This document shows positions 8,496 to 19,434 of a DNA stretch of 64,000 nucleotides, piece after piece (position 1 is the stretch's first letter; every line of letters begins with the position of its first letter). The position numbers and the translations under genes are program-made. Where the stretch lies: assembly GCA_963777505.1 (NCBI GenBank), contig CAVZQN010000004.1, positions 1,408,001 through 1,472,000 on the forward strand, in the 5' to 3' direction. The stretch is from an uncultured bacterium. Lineage in GTDB: Bacteria > Acidobacteriota > HRBIN11 > JAKEFK01. The notes beneath the pieces were generated by a model. The model had not been told where the DNA came from. It did not search any database and saw nothing but the letters and a program-made list of their open reading frames with translations.

Positions 8496-11474
8496 TCAGT
8501 TTACAAGAATATGACCGAAGGTACCGGTTGTATTCCTTACTGCAAATCCAACGGTTCCGTTTGGAACTGAAGTAGTCGCGGGCATTGTGATTAATGTCTG
8601 CCCATCAACTTTCACTACGAAGTTCGTACCATCGAAACTCAGATCTACGCTGTAACTGATATTTGGTTGAATAACAGCAAGCCCTTTGGATTTGCTGACG
8701 ACCTTGCCGTTGACTCTGTGTCTCAAAAGCCATTTGTCGTTTTCTTCCTTCATCATTAACTCGATTGTGTTCTTCTTATCGATAAACCATGCAAACAGTG
8801 AGACGCGATTGCGTACTCCACCCAACGTACTCATCGTTGTATTGATGCTGCAATTTGTACAGCCGCTGAAAACGGGGTTTGCAACTGCAATCGCTTTACG
8901 TTTCGCTGGCGTACCTTGTAGTGAACCATTGGATTCAAACCAGCTTGGCTTTATATAGGTCCAATTCGTTGCAGTTACGCCATCTTCAAAATCGTCACAA
9001 AACATACAAGTTTCCGAGATTGTGATCGTGCCCTGAATGTCATCGATTGTCGCGCCATTCGGGTCGCTTAAACTTACAAGAATTGTTTCATTTTCTTCAA
9101 ACAAATCGTCATCCGCGAGAATTTGAATTGTAATCGTTGCGGAGGTATCGCCTGCTGGAATTGTTACTGAACCACTGTCTCCTGTGTAATCGGAATCTTC
9201 TGTTGCTGTTCCTTCGGCTGTTGCAAAATTAACTGTTACATCGGAACCTGACTCTGCGGACAATGTGATTGTTAAGGTCGCATTCACGGATCCATTCAAA
9301 GGTTCAATAACGCTGGTGTCACCAATGGAGACCGTAACGTCCGGAATCACCTGGTCAACAGTTATATTCACAGTGGCTGTATCCGAACCGCCATTTCCAT
9401 CCTCAATCGTGTACGTGAAACTGTCATCGCCAAAGAATCCTGTATTCGGCGAATAAGTAACGGTTCCATCATTATTGTTCGTTGCTGTTCCGTTGCTTGC
9501 GCTGCCTACGTTTGTGACAGTTAAAGTATCATCATCAACATCACTGTCATTATCCAGAACATTCACATTGACATCTGTATCCTGATCTGTTGTCGCCGAA
9601 TCATCAGTTGCCACTGGATCATCATTTACGGCGTCTACTGTGATGGTTACTGTCACAACTTGACTGTCATCGTTATCATCATTGGCTTTGTAAGTGAAAC
9701 TGTCGTTGCCGTTGAAGTCTGATGACGGTGTGTATTCGAACGAACCATCGTCATTCAAGGTAAGGTCGCCATTTGATGTGCTACTTACCAGGACCGCCGT
9801 TAATGAGTCACTCTCAACATCAGAATCGTTCGAAAGAACGCCATTACCTTCAGGAACGTTTAAGGTTTCATCTTCATTTACATTGTAAGAATCGTCTACT
9901 GCTTCGGGTACATCATTGACCGGATCTACTGTAATTGTAACCGTCGCGATTCCGCTATCTACGCTGCCATCATTGGCCTGGTACGTAAAGCTGTCGCTAC
10001 CATTGAAATCTTCATCCGGTGTGTAACCAAATGAACCGTCTGCATTCAGCGTGAGAGTTCCATTTGAAACATCGCTGACCAAAACTGCTGTTAAGCCGTT
10101 TCCGTCAACGTCACTATCGTTGCCAAGAACACCGTTTGCAGAAACATTTAAGGTTTCATCTTCATCGACATTGTAGGAATCATTGGCTGCTGCAGGAGCA
10201 TCATTAACGGCATCGACATTAATCGCTACTGTTGCAACGCCACTGTTTTCAGAGCCATCGTTTGCCTGATATGTAAAACCATCGCTTCCAGTGAAGTTAG
10301 AACTCGGCGTGTAAGTAAAAGAACCGTCTGGGTTCAGCGTGAGAGTTCCATTCGAAACATTGTTTACTAGATTAGCTGTTAAGGCATCGCCATCGACATC
10401 GCTGTCGTTATCAAGCACGCCGTCTGCTGAAATAGATAATGTTGCATCTTCATTCACATTGTATGAATCAGTTGTTGCACCAGGAGCATCATTTACTGGA
10501 TCAACTGTGATGTTTATGGTTGCGACATTAGAATCATCCTGACCATCGTTTGCTTTGAATGTGAAAGAATCAGAACCCGTGAAGTCCTGATTTGGAGTAT
10601 ATGTAAGGCTTGGTTCTGTTCCTGTCAATGTTCCATTGGAAGGGCCATCGACAACGCTATATGAAAGTGAATCGTTTTCAACATCAGAACCGCTTAAAGT
10701 AATTGCCAGATCGGTATCTTCATCTGTCGTGACGTTTTGACCGTTAGCTGTAGGCGCATCGTTTACTGGATCGACTGTGATGCTTATAGTTGCAATATTT
10801 GAATCAGACACACCATCGTTTGCCTCGAACGTGAAGGAATCAGGGCCTGAATAATTCTGATCTGGAGTGTATATAAGGTTTGGTTCTGTTCCAGACAATG
10901 TTCCGTTTGAAGGACCATTAAGAACGTTGAATGAGAGTGGATCGTTTTCCGGATCCGACGCGGTTAAAGTAATTGCCAAATCGGTATCTTCATCTGTTGT
11001 GACGTTTTGATTGTCAGCCGAAGGCGCGTCATTCGCATCAACAGTCGTTGATATGGACGACGAATTATTTCCAGGATTCGGATCGGATGCATGCGGATGT
11101 GACGATGTAATCGCAAGAACACTGCTAACTGAACCAGTTGCCGCGGCGTTAACATTAACAGTAACGTCAAACGCCTCAGATCCTACGGACATATTTCCGA
11201 TGTCACAGGTGACGGTTCCTGCATTCGAACTACAACCTGAACCGGAAACAAATGTAAGGCCGCTGCCCAATGCAATCGTAACTGAAACATTTTTTGCTCC
11301 GTCCGGTCCGAAATTATTTGCAGTGATGCTATATGTGATATTACTGCCGGCATTCACTGGATCCGGTGAGTCGACTCCCGATATTGATAAATCAGCAACA
11401 TCGACAGGTGCAGCAAGCGCTATATGGGCGCTTGCGATAAACAAAGCTAACAGAATAAGAATCGAACGATACAT
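8496..11474 (-). CDS. Secreted acidic adhesin-like protein: DUF11, about six cadherin/Ig-like (tandem-95) repeats, Calx-beta, 170-aa C-terminal domain
   Basis: Signal peptide; ADLSI..DSPDPV..G.NITY; repeated VNDAP.A..D..DED..DSFTY..NDG units; VTVNFATAEGTAT..DY. Confidence 0.85.
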   Translation of the reverse strand: MYRSILILLALFIASAHIALAAPVDVADLSISGVDSPDPVNAGSNITYSITANNFGPDGAKNVSVTIALGSGLTFVSGSGCSSNAGTVTCDIGNMSVGSEAFDVTVNVNAAATGSVSSVLAITSSHPHASDPNPGNNSSSISTTVDANDAPSADNQNVTTDEDTDLAITLTASDPENDPLSFNVLNGPSNGTLSGTEPNLIYTPDQNYSGPDSFTFEANDGVSDSNIATISITVDPVNDAPTANGQNVTTDEDTDLAITLSGSDVENDSLSYSVVDGPSNGTLTGTEPSLTYTPNQDFTGSDSFTFKANDGQDDSNVATINITVDPVNDAPGATTDSYNVNEDATLSISADGVLDNDSDVDGDALTANLVNNVSNGTLTLNPDGSFTYTPSSNFTGSDGFTYQANDGSENSGVATVAINVDAVNDAPAAANDSYNVDEDETLNVSANGVLGNDSDVDGNGLTAVLVSDVSNGTLTLNADGSFGYTPDEDFNGSDSFTYQANDGSVDSGIATVTITVDPVNDVPEAVDDSYNVNEDETLNVPEGNGVLSNDSDVESDSLTAVLVSSTSNGDLTLNDDGSFEYTPSSDFNGNDSFTYKANDDNDDSQVVTVTITVDAVNDDPVATDDSATTDQDTDVNVNVLDNDSDVDDDTLTVTNVGSASNGTATNNNDGTVTYSPNTGFFGDDSFTYTIEDGNGGSDTATVNITVDQVIPDVTVSIGDTSVIEPLNGSVNATLTITLSAESGSDVTVNFATAEGTATEDSDYTGDSGSVTIPAGDTSATITIQILADDDLFEENETILVSLSDPNGATIDDIQGTITISETCMFCDDFEDGVTATNWTYIKPSWFESNGSLQGTPAKRKAIAVANPVFSGCTNCSINTTMSTLGGVRNRVSLFAWFIDKKNTIELMMKEENDKWLLRHRVNGKVVSKSKGLAVIQPNISYSVDLSFDGTNFVVKVDGQTLITMPATTSVPNGTVGFAVRNTTGTFGHILVN

Positions 11475-11598
11475 TTGAGTCCCCCTGACAATCTCTATTA
11501 CTTTTTTGCAGAGTTCATGCTGGACTCAATGATCCAGAGTGTCCCCCTCTGCGGAACAGAATGCGCCTATTACGCTCTTCCGAACTACTTTGCCTTGA

Positions 11599-11613
11599 GC
11601 AAGCTGTATGCCA
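11599..11613 (-). promoter_or_regulatory. Putative sigma-54 (-24/-12) promoter
   Basis: Minus strand TGGCATACAGCTTGC (GG-N10-GC), about 125 nt upstream of the adhesin start. Confidence 0.6.
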
Positions 11614-11767
11614 TTGTGGTCACCGTCGAGGTTGCGATTCACCCATTGGCTAAGAACCGGTCGGTCATCGATTGCAATCGGTTGAAAACAAATAACTTAC
11701 AGCGTCGACCCGATGGGACTGGGGATCTGTATGATTTTTGAGCAATGTGAATTAAAAGTCGAGAGTT

Positions 11768-13229
11768 TTAATCCATCTGGTAATTCGGGGATTCTTTGGT
11801 GATGATCACGTCATGGACGTGACTTTCTTTCAAGCTAGCGCTTGTGATGCGCATGAACCTTGCATTCTTGCGCATGTCATCAAGAGTGTGGCAGCCGCAA
11901 TAGCCCATTCCTGCACGCAGTCCACCGATGAGCTGATACACGATATTTGAAATAGAACCACGGTACGGAACGCGGCCTTCAATTCCTTCGGGAACCATCT
12001 TCATGGCATCATCTGTTGTCTGGCGATAGCGTTCTTTACTTCCGCGTTTCATGGCTTCGATCGATCCCATACCGCGATACATTTTGTAACTTCGACCTTG
12101 ATACAGGATTTGTTCGCCTGGTGCTTCGTCAGTTCCCGCAAACAGAGATCCGATCATTACGGAGCTCGCTCCCGCAGCAATTGCTTTCGCAACATCTCCT
12201 GAATATTTGATTCCACCATCCGCAATCAATGGAACTCCGTATTCGCGGCTTATGCGATAGCAGGAATCGATTGCTGTAATTTGAGGAACACCAGCACCTG
12301 TAACGACTCGAGTCGTACAAATAGAACCAGGACCCATTCCAACTTTGATTCCATCCACACCGCGCGTTATTAAAGCAGTTGCACCTTCTTCTGTTGCGAT
12401 ATTTCCTGCGACAAGATCAACCTGCGGAAACTTCTGCTTTATAAACGTGATCCCTTCCATGACTTTCTTGGAGTGACCATGTGCAGTATCAATCACCAAC
12501 ACATCTATTTGTGCATTGACAAGTGCTTGTGCGCGCTCTTCCATGTCATCGGAAGGACCAATTGCTGCGCCAACACGCAAACGCCCCATCGCGTCTTTGC
12601 ACGCGCTTGGAAATTCAATTGTCTTCTTGATGTCTTTAACAGTAATGAGACCTTTGAGCCGATACTCTTCATCCACGACCAGAAGTTTTTCAATTTTATG
12701 TTTGTGAAGAATTCGCTTTGCTTCATCCATGCTAATACCGACAGGCACAGTGATCAAACTTTCACGCGTCATGACCTGTGAGATTTTCTGATTGAAATTG
12801 CTTTCGAATCTCAAATCGCGATTTGTAAGAATTCCAACAAGCTTGCCATTGTGAGTGATTGGGACACCCGATATTTTGTATTTTTGCATAACGGCGAGAG
12901 CTTCGCTGATTGATTGATCGGGTGACATCGTAATCGGGTTTACAATCATTCCCGATTCAGACCTTTTTACTTTATCGACTTCATCTGCCTGATCGGTGAT
13001 CGACATATTCTTATGAATGATACCGATCCCGCCTTGTTGAGCCAGAGCGATTGCCATTCCGGATTCAGTAACAGTATCCATTGCAGCGCTTGTGATTGGA
13101 ACATTCAGTTGGATGTTTCGGCTGAACAAGGTGCGAACATCTGTTTCGGCTGGCAAAACATCAGACTCCGCCGGAACTAATAAGAACATCATCAAACGTT
13201 AATCCTTCTTCTAATGGTTTTTCGATCAT
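11768..13229 (-). CDS. guaB: IMP dehydrogenase (frameshift near 13185)
   Basis: CBS pair, [18 protein letters not shown]; the conserved N-terminus [15 protein letters not shown] starts at ATG 13229 in another frame. Confidence 0.95.
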
Positions 13230-13254
13230 AACAACTCTTTTTTATCGCAGAGAC

Positions 13255-14367
13255 TCACGATTTTACTTCCTGTCCACATTTCAAGCAAAATTTTGCGCCA
13301 GGTGGCAATGCAGTTGAACACTTTGTGCAAGTTTGTGTCATAGATGTTCCGCATTTGCCGCAAAACTTTGCGTCCGGTGGAACTTGTGTTGTACATTTTG
13401 GACAAACAAGCCATGCCGCGATTTGCGCACCACAATTTGTGCAGAATTGAGCATCAGGCGCGAGTTGTGTTTTGCATTTATTACAAACTGGTCCAGTAAG
13501 AACAGGTTCCTGCGTTCCCTGTTGGCCAGCTTGCATCGATTGTGCAACCATTCCGGGCAGCATCATTCCTAAACCAGCGCCCATTCCCATACCCATACCT
13601 TGACCTGCGCCGCCACCTTCTTGTTTGGCAGCATCACCCACAGCCTGCGCCGCTTTATATTTCATATATTCATTCATGTTGCCCATAGCTGCCATGCCGC
13701 TTCGTTCATCGATAACCTTTTGAACTTCTTCAGGCGGAGTAATGGAATTGATGTAAAAATCTACAACTTCTAAACCATATTTTCCGAAATCTTCTTTAAT
13801 GCGCGTTTTCAACGCTACGCCAAGCTCATCATAATAACGAGGTAGATCCAGCAGTGTCTTCAGTGTTTCACCAAGGACATCAAACAATCGCGAAACGATT
13901 GAATCACGTAAAAAGCCTTCGATGTCGCCTGTCGTGTATCGTCCCTGAGTTCCAACAATTGTATTTACGAACAATTGTGGCTCGGTTACACGGATTGAAT
14001 AGACACCAAACGAACGCAAACGCACCATATTAAACTCAGTATCACGAAAAATTACCGCCTCTCGTGTTCCCCATTTCAGGTTAGTAAAAACCCGGCGGCT
14101 CACGAAATAAACTTCTGCTTTGAATGGTGAATCAAAACCAAATGGCCAACTCAATAGTTTTGTGAGGAATGGAAGATTCATCGTGGTTAAAGTGTGGCGG
14201 CCTGGGCCAAATGTATCGAGCGCTTTTCCATCTCGAAAAAATACTGCAGTCTGACTTTCATTAACGATCAATTGTGCGCCCATCTTAATTGAGTCAGAGG
14301 ACGAAAACCTGTAAACAAGTTCATCGCCGCCGCTATCTTCTTTCCATTGGATAACTTCAATCGCCAT
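13255..14367 (-). CDS. SPFH/band-7 (YdjI-like) protein with three C-terminal zinc ribbons
   Basis: QLIVNESQTAVFFRDGK, KWGT, GMGMGMG linker, three CxxC-x10-CxxCG units. Confidence 0.85.
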   Translation of the reverse strand: MAIEVIQWKEDSGGDELVYRFSSSDSIKMGAQLIVNESQTAVFFRDGKALDTFGPGRHTLTTMNLPFLTKLLSWPFGFDSPFKAEVYFVSRRVFTNLKWGTREAVIFRDTEFNMVRLRSFGVYSIRVTEPQLFVNTIVGTQGRYTTGDIEGFLRDSIVSRLFDVLGETLKTLLDLPRYYDELGVALKTRIKEDFGKYGLEVVDFYINSITPPEEVQKVIDERSGMAAMGNMNEYMKYKAAQAVGDAAKQEGGGAGQGMGMGMGAGLGMMLPGMVAQSMQAGQQGTQEPVLTGPVCNKCKTQLAPDAQFCTNCGAQIAAWLVCPKCTTQVPPDAKFCGKCGTSMTQTCTKCSTALPPGAKFCLKCGQEVKS

Positions 14368-14381
14368 CTCTTTATCTCCTT

Positions 14382-14852
14382 TTAACTTTCAAGCGAGAAT
14401 AAATGTTTACGATCATCCAGCTTTTGATCGATTGCTTGAATTTTGCTGTCCCATTCATGCGCGGCGTTTTGATCCTTCAAGCTTGTTTCCAGAGCTTCAA
14501 CATCGGATAACATCGAAAGATCAAGCTGATAAATTTGATCTAATTCGTTTTCCTGGATTTTTACCTGATCAAACAAGCCGGAATATCCGTAAGAAGCATG
14601 TCTGATTTGATTTGCTGATTTCATCATTTTTTGCGAAAGCCGATCGAGTTCTGCAAGTCCATCAAGTTTTCCTTGATTCACAAGAATGCGTTTCATTTCA
14701 TCCAGATTTCCGCGAGAGCGGTCGATTTTGTCAGCAAGATAGTCGCGAAAACGTTTATCAGTATCGCGGCGTGATTCTTTTTCGCGGTAACCCTTTAACC
14801 CAGGAATAGCATCAGCCAGTTTCTCCAAATAATTCTTTTCACTTTTTTCCAT
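14382..14852 (-). CDS. Helical hypothetical protein upstream of the SPFH gene
   Basis: 156-aa ORF with RBS; motifs IPGLKGYREKE.RR..D and ASYGYSGLFD..KI...EL. Confidence 0.7.
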   Translation of the reverse strand: MEKSEKNYLEKLADAIPGLKGYREKESRRDTDKRFRDYLADKIDRSRGNLDEMKRILVNQGKLDGLAELDRLSQKMMKSANQIRHASYGYSGLFDQVKIQENELDQIYQLDLSMLSDVEALETSLKDQNAAHEWDSKIQAIDQKLDDRKHLFSLES

Positions 14853-14875
14853 AGCACCCTCACTTTTTCTAACTT

Positions 14876-14948
14876 GTAGGGGCGGGTCTTGTGCCCGCCC
14901 GTAGAGTTAAGCTTAACGAACTCGGGCGACCACAAGGGTCGCCCCTAC
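14876..14948. repeat. GTAG-type REP-like inverted doublet
   Basis: GTAGGGGCGGGTCTTGTGCCCGCCC...GGGCGACCACAAGGGTCGCCCCTAC; each arm is a hairpin. Confidence 0.75.
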
Positions 14949-14952
14949 GAGA

Positions 14953-17481
14953 TTAATCGTTGATACCGCAGCAGCGTTTATATTTTTTTCCGGATCCGCA
15001 AGGGCATGGATCATTCCGGCCTACTTTTACTCCTTTACGTGCTGCAACCGCTACACCTTGTTCTAGCGATGGGCCTGAGAATTGCACTCTACGTGGAGCT
15101 CGTACTGGGCGTGGAGCCTCTTGCTCCTGAGGCGGCTGAGTTAAGAAAACATAACGGACGATATCATCTTCCATCCGGTTCATCATTTCTTCAAAGAGCT
15201 GGAATGATTCTTTTTTATACTCAACAAGCGGATCGCGCTGTCCGTATCCGCGAAATCCAATCCCTTCTTTCAAGTGGTCTAATGCATATAAATGATCTTT
15301 CCACTGTGTATCGATGACGTGCAACATCAGCATTCGTTCATGAAACGTCCAACGTTCATCACCGATTGCAGCTTTTTTATCAGTGTATTGTTGTTCAAGT
15401 TTTTGATACAGGAAGTCATGAATCTGTTCTTCATTTTCGAGCTGACGTAATCTTTCTTGATCTACGTCCATTCCGAATTGTCCATGTAAGTCGATCGCAA
15501 GATTTTGCATATCCCAATCACGAGGGTCACTTTTTTCTTGAATGCGTTGGCCGATCTGGTACTTCAAAATATCTTCCGAAAGTTCGAGTATGTATTCGGA
15601 ATGATTTGATTCTTCAAGAACTTTCCGGCGTAAGCCATAGATGGCTTCACGCTGCTTGTTCATAACATCATCGTATTCAAGCAAATGTTTGCGGATTTCA
15701 AAATTGCGTGTTTCAACTTGTTTTTGCGCATGCTCGATCGATCTCGTCACAAGCTTGTGTTCAATCGGGACACCTTCTTCCATTCCGAGGCGTTCCATAA
15801 CGCCTGAAATTCGATCGCTGCCAAAAATGCGCATCAAATCATCTTCGAGTGACAGATAAAATCGAGACGAACCAGGATCGCCTTGACGTCCTGCGCGGCC
15901 TCGAAGCTGATTATCGATCCGTCTTGCCTCGTGACGCTCTGTGCCGATAATGTGAAGTCCATCTGCTTGTGCTACTCCTTCACCAAGCACGATATCAGTT
16001 CCGCGGCCTGCCATATTTGTAGCAATTGTGACTGCGTTTGGTTGTCCGGCTTGAGCTACGATTTCAGCTTCCTTCTCATGATATTTTGCGTTCAATACAA
16101 CATGTTTTATGCCGGCACGTTTTAGCATCGTTGAAAGCCGTTCCGACTTTTCAATGCTCACAGTGCCTACGAGCGCCGGACGCTTTGACGATTGCAACTG
16201 TTTGATTTCTTCAACAACAGCCTCAAATTTTTCACGCTCAGTCCGATACACAACATCAGGATACGAAACCCGGATTAAATCCCTGTTGGTCGGAATCACC
16301 ATTACGTCAAGCTCATAAATTTTCCCGAATTCTACAGCTTCCGTATCTGCGGTACCTGTCATGCCGGCAAGCTTGTCGTACATTCTGAAGTAATTTTGGA
16401 GGGTGATGGTTGCAAGGGTTTGGTTTTCCGATTCAATCTTGACGCCTTCTTTTGCTTCCAGAGCTTGATGCAAGCCATCGCTATAACGACGACCCGGCAT
16501 CAGACGACCGGTGAATTCATCTACAATAATGACCTGCCCATCTTTAACGACATAATCATCATCAAGACCAAATAAAGCGTGTGCTTTCAATCCTTGATGA
16601 ATGTGATGAAGCCAATCCATATTGGACGGATCGTAAAGGTTGTCTATCCCAAGCATGCGCTCACTATGTGCAATCCCTTCTTCAGTCAAAGTTACAGAAT
16701 TTGCTTTTTCATCGATCGTGTAATCGGAATCTTTCTTAAGGCGTGGGATGATTCGATCGATTTTGTAATATTTATCCGTACTTTCTTCGGCTGGACCTGA
16801 AATAATAAGTGGTGTTCGGGCTTCATCAATCAGGATGCTATCGACTTCATCAACGATCGCATAATGATGAGCTGTTTGAACGTAATCGCCTAAATCAAAC
16901 TTCATGTTATCGCGCAAGTAGTCGAAGCCGAATTCGTTGTTTGTACCGTAGGCAATGTGACTGCGATATGCGACCTGCCGATCTTGCACGGATGAATCAT
17001 GTTGAATGATGCCGACTGAAAGTCCGAGTGCGTTGTAGATAGGTCCCATCCATTCGGAGTCGCGGCGTGCGAGATAATCATTCACAGTAACGATGTGGAC
17101 GCCCTTTCCGCTAAGCGCATTCAAATAGGCAGGCAATGTTGCAACAAGGGTTTTACCTTCACCGGTTGCCATTTCAGCAATTTTGCCTTCATGCAAAACC
17201 ATTCCGCCAATTAGTTGCACATCAAAATGGCGCATGTTCCGTACGCGTTTTGCAACCTCGCGGACGACTGCAAAAGCTTCAGGAAGAATATCGTCGAGCG
17301 TTGCGCCCTGGCTCAATTTCTGCTGAAACTCAGCAGTCTTTTGAGGAAAGTCATTCAGACTCAACTTCTGAACGCTTGCTTCAAATGAGCTAATCTTTTC
17401 GACCATGGGCCACAGTTTCTTGAGCTCGCGCTCATTCTTAGTGCCTACGATTTTGGTTAAGAAATACCCGAGTACTGTCAT
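14953..17481 (-). CDS. secA: Preprotein translocase ATPase SecA
   Basis: [28 protein letters not shown]-terminal [18 protein letters not shown]. Confidence 0.98.
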   Translation of the reverse strand: MTVLGYFLTKIVGTKNERELKKLWPMVEKISSFEASVQKLSLNDFPQKTAEFQQKLSQGATLDDILPEAFAVVREVAKRVRNMRHFDVQLIGGMVLHEGKIAEMATGEGKTLVATLPAYLNALSGKGVHIVTVNDYLARRDSEWMGPIYNALGLSVGIIQHDSSVQDRQVAYRSHIAYGTNNEFGFDYLRDNMKFDLGDYVQTAHHYAIVDEVDSILIDEARTPLIISGPAEESTDKYYKIDRIIPRLKKDSDYTIDEKANSVTLTEEGIAHSERMLGIDNLYDPSNMDWLHHIHQGLKAHALFGLDDDYVVKDGQVIIVDEFTGRLMPGRRYSDGLHQALEAKEGVKIESENQTLATITLQNYFRMYDKLAGMTGTADTEAVEFGKIYELDVMVIPTNRDLIRVSYPDVVYRTEREKFEAVVEEIKQLQSSKRPALVGTVSIEKSERLSTMLKRAGIKHVVLNAKYHEKEAEIVAQAGQPNAVTIATNMAGRGTDIVLGEGVAQADGLHIIGTERHEARRIDNQLRGRAGRQGDPGSSRFYLSLEDDLMRIFGSDRISGVMERLGMEEGVPIEHKLVTRSIEHAQKQVETRNFEIRKHLLEYDDVMNKQREAIYGLRRKVLEESNHSEYILELSEDILKYQIGQRIQEKSDPRDWDMQNLAIDLHGQFGMDVDQERLRQLENEEQIHDFLYQKLEQQYTDKKAAIGDERWTFHERMLMLHVIDTQWKDHLYALDHLKEGIGFRGYGQRDPLVEYKKESFQLFEEMMNRMEDDIVRYVFLTQPPQEQEAPRPVRAPRRVQFSGPSLEQGVAVAARKGVKVGRNDPCPCGSGKKYKRCCGIND

Positions 17482-17626
17482 CGTTTTATAGTGAAAGTAT
17501 AAGGATGGAAGTGCAGCGCTATCAAATCATTTCGCTGAGGGTTAAATCTAACAGGATCATCTCCTGTCGTCAACTTTTGAACTCAACCGCAAAGACGCTA
17601 AGTTCAGGTATACTCTTCTCATAAAG

Positions 17627-17962
17627 ATGGGGATTCTGATCAACGTTTTCGGCGTGATCTTGATTCTACTCGGGTTGATCTTCCTGATCGGGTTTCAAGG
17701 CCAGATCGGAAGATTGGTCATCGGAATTCTGCTTGTTGGTGGCGGTGTTTTGCTCCTAGCAGCATCACGGTTGCGCCCACGTCAGACAACTTTCGTTCAA
17801 CAATTGCACTTTACAGGTGATATCACTCCACAGGAACTCAAGTGCAAAAACTGTGGATCCACTCTCTCAAACAAATCCGTAGCCGTACGAGCTGGAGCCG
17901 TTTTCATTTCCTGTGAATCTTGCGGTACGCAGTACCAATTAGAGGAAGCGCCGAAATGGTAA
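17627..17962 (+). CDS. Small two-TM membrane protein with C-terminal zinc ribbon
   Basis: Two hydrophobic helices, then CKNCG...CESCG; overlaps the radical SAM start. Confidence 0.75.
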   Translation: MGILINVFGVILILLGLIFLIGFQGQIGRLVIGILLVGGGVLLLAASRLRPRQTTFVQQLHFTGDITPQELKCKNCGSTLSNKSVAVRAGAVFISCESCGTQYQLEEAPKW

Positions 17963-19434
17963 ACATCAGTTCATTGTTTCAAATCTTTAAGCCGGAGAAC
18001 GTCCTTCCCGATCCGGATTTATATACATACCACCTGACTGATTCCCGTGGGTATTTTCGGAGAGTTCATTTGCGAATTGAACCTGACAGACAAGGTGTTC
18101 TTTTTGTGGATGTGACTGATGTGATTCATCTCAATCCTACGGCGACTCAAATTGCATGGTTTGCACTTCAGAAGAAATCGGAAAAGGACACGATTCGCTA
18201 TTACCGGAAAAATTTTCGCGGCGAGTCAAAGCAGATCCAGAACGACATTCAAAGCATTTACAAGATGATTGATCACTTAGTGAGCGCTGATGGATGTCCT
18301 ACATGCGGACTCGATTTTATGGAACGGCGTCCACTGTTTTCAACACGCGCTCGTGCTCCATATAAAGCTGATGTTGCTTTAACGTATGGTTGTAACAACG
18401 CATGCAATCATTGCTATAACGCTCCGTCGCATTTAGGAATGGCCTCTCTGCAGGTTGAAGATTGGAAAAAAGTATTGATGCTGCTCAAGAAGAAAGGAGT
18501 GCCGCACATCATATTCACCGGCGGTGAAGCAACACTTCATCCAGATCTTCCTGAATTAGTAGAGTATGCGGACAAACTGGGTCAAATTACGGGTCTAAAT
18601 TCAAATGGGCGCCGCTTCTCCCAACCATCGTTTGTCGAAACCTTGCGCAAGGCCGGCCTCAATCATGTTCAGGTCACGCTCTCTTCAAGCCGTGCGCGAA
18701 TTCACGATCAAATCAATGGCGTCTCCGCATTTTCACAAACAGTAAAAGGAATCGAAAATTGTCTTTCCGGCGGTTTGCATGCAATAACAAATACAACTCT
18801 TATGAAATCAAACCGCGATCATGCGGAAGAGATTATCCAGTTCATCCATCGGTTGGGAATTCGGACATTTGCGATGAATGGAATGATTTATTCCGGCGGA
18901 GGTTATTGTGATCCGGAGGCGATTCCAGAAGAAGAGTTGCCACCTTTATTGATTCGAGTTCGCGATACAGCTCAGGAACTGGGTATGAAATTCTTATGGT
19001 ATACGCCTACCGAATATTGCCGAATGAACCCAATCGAACTTGAGATTGGAGCAAAGCGATGCAACGCTGCCGAGTATTCAATTTGTATCGAACCCAATGG
19101 AGATGTTTTACCCTGTCAATCTTTTTATGTATCGGCTGGGAACATTTTGAATGATTCCTGGGAAAAAATCTGGAATGGTGATTTGTTTCGCAGTTTTCGT
19201 GATCGCGAATTGGACCCTCGCTGGGCTGGATTGCCAGAAAAGTGCTGGGAGTGTCCTGAATTAAGTATTTGCGGCGGAGGATGTCGTATTGAACGCGAGG
19301 CGCGCGACGGCGAAACAGTTCATCAAGAAGGATCCTGTTCAAGCGGCAAAACTCAGAATCCGAGCTTTATTCCTATTGAATCACTTCAGCATATTGGAAA
19401 ACGCGCCGCAGGCAGGGGAGCAGGAGTCCGATGA
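17956..19434 (+). CDS. Radical SAM/SPASM enzyme with N-terminal PqqD/RRE-like domain
   Basis: CNNACNHC, FTGGE, SPASM RCNAA..IEPNGDVLPC..CWEC..ICGGGC; HLNPTATQIAW..IQNDIQ resembles a PqqD winged helix. ATG 17956 preferred over TTG 17920. Confidence 0.9.
   Translation: MVNISSLFQIFKPENVLPDPDLYTYHLTDSRGYFRRVHLRIEPDRQGVLFVDVTDVIHLNPTATQIAWFALQKKSEKDTIRYYRKNFRGESKQIQNDIQSIYKMIDHLVSADGCPTCGLDFMERRPLFSTRARAPYKADVALTYGCNNACNHCYNAPSHLGMASLQVEDWKKVLMLLKKKGVPHIIFTGGEATLHPDLPELVEYADKLGQITGLNSNGRRFSQPSFVETLRKAGLNHVQVTLSSSRARIHDQINGVSAFSQTVKGIENCLSGGLHAITNTTLMKSNRDHAEEIIQFIHRLGIRTFAMNGMIYSGGGYCDPEAIPEEELPPLLIRVRDTAQELGMKFLWYTPTEYCRMNPIELEIGAKRCNAAEYSICIEPNGDVLPCQSFYVSAGNILNDSWEKIWNGDLFRSFRDRELDPRWAGLPEKCWECPELSICGGGCRIEREARDGETVHQEGSCSSGKTQNPSFIPIESLQHIGKRAAGRGAGVR

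Noticed and set aside
9500-11040. Roughly 290-nt DNA repeats as a mobile element or diversity-generating retroelement template
   Set aside because: They are in-frame Ig/cadherin domain repeats, and no reverse transcriptase is present.
4167-13229. rlmN, prolyl oligopeptidase and guaB as true pseudogenes or programmed frameshifts
   Set aside because: All motifs are intact, each has one indel, I saw no slippery site, and indels recur across the window.
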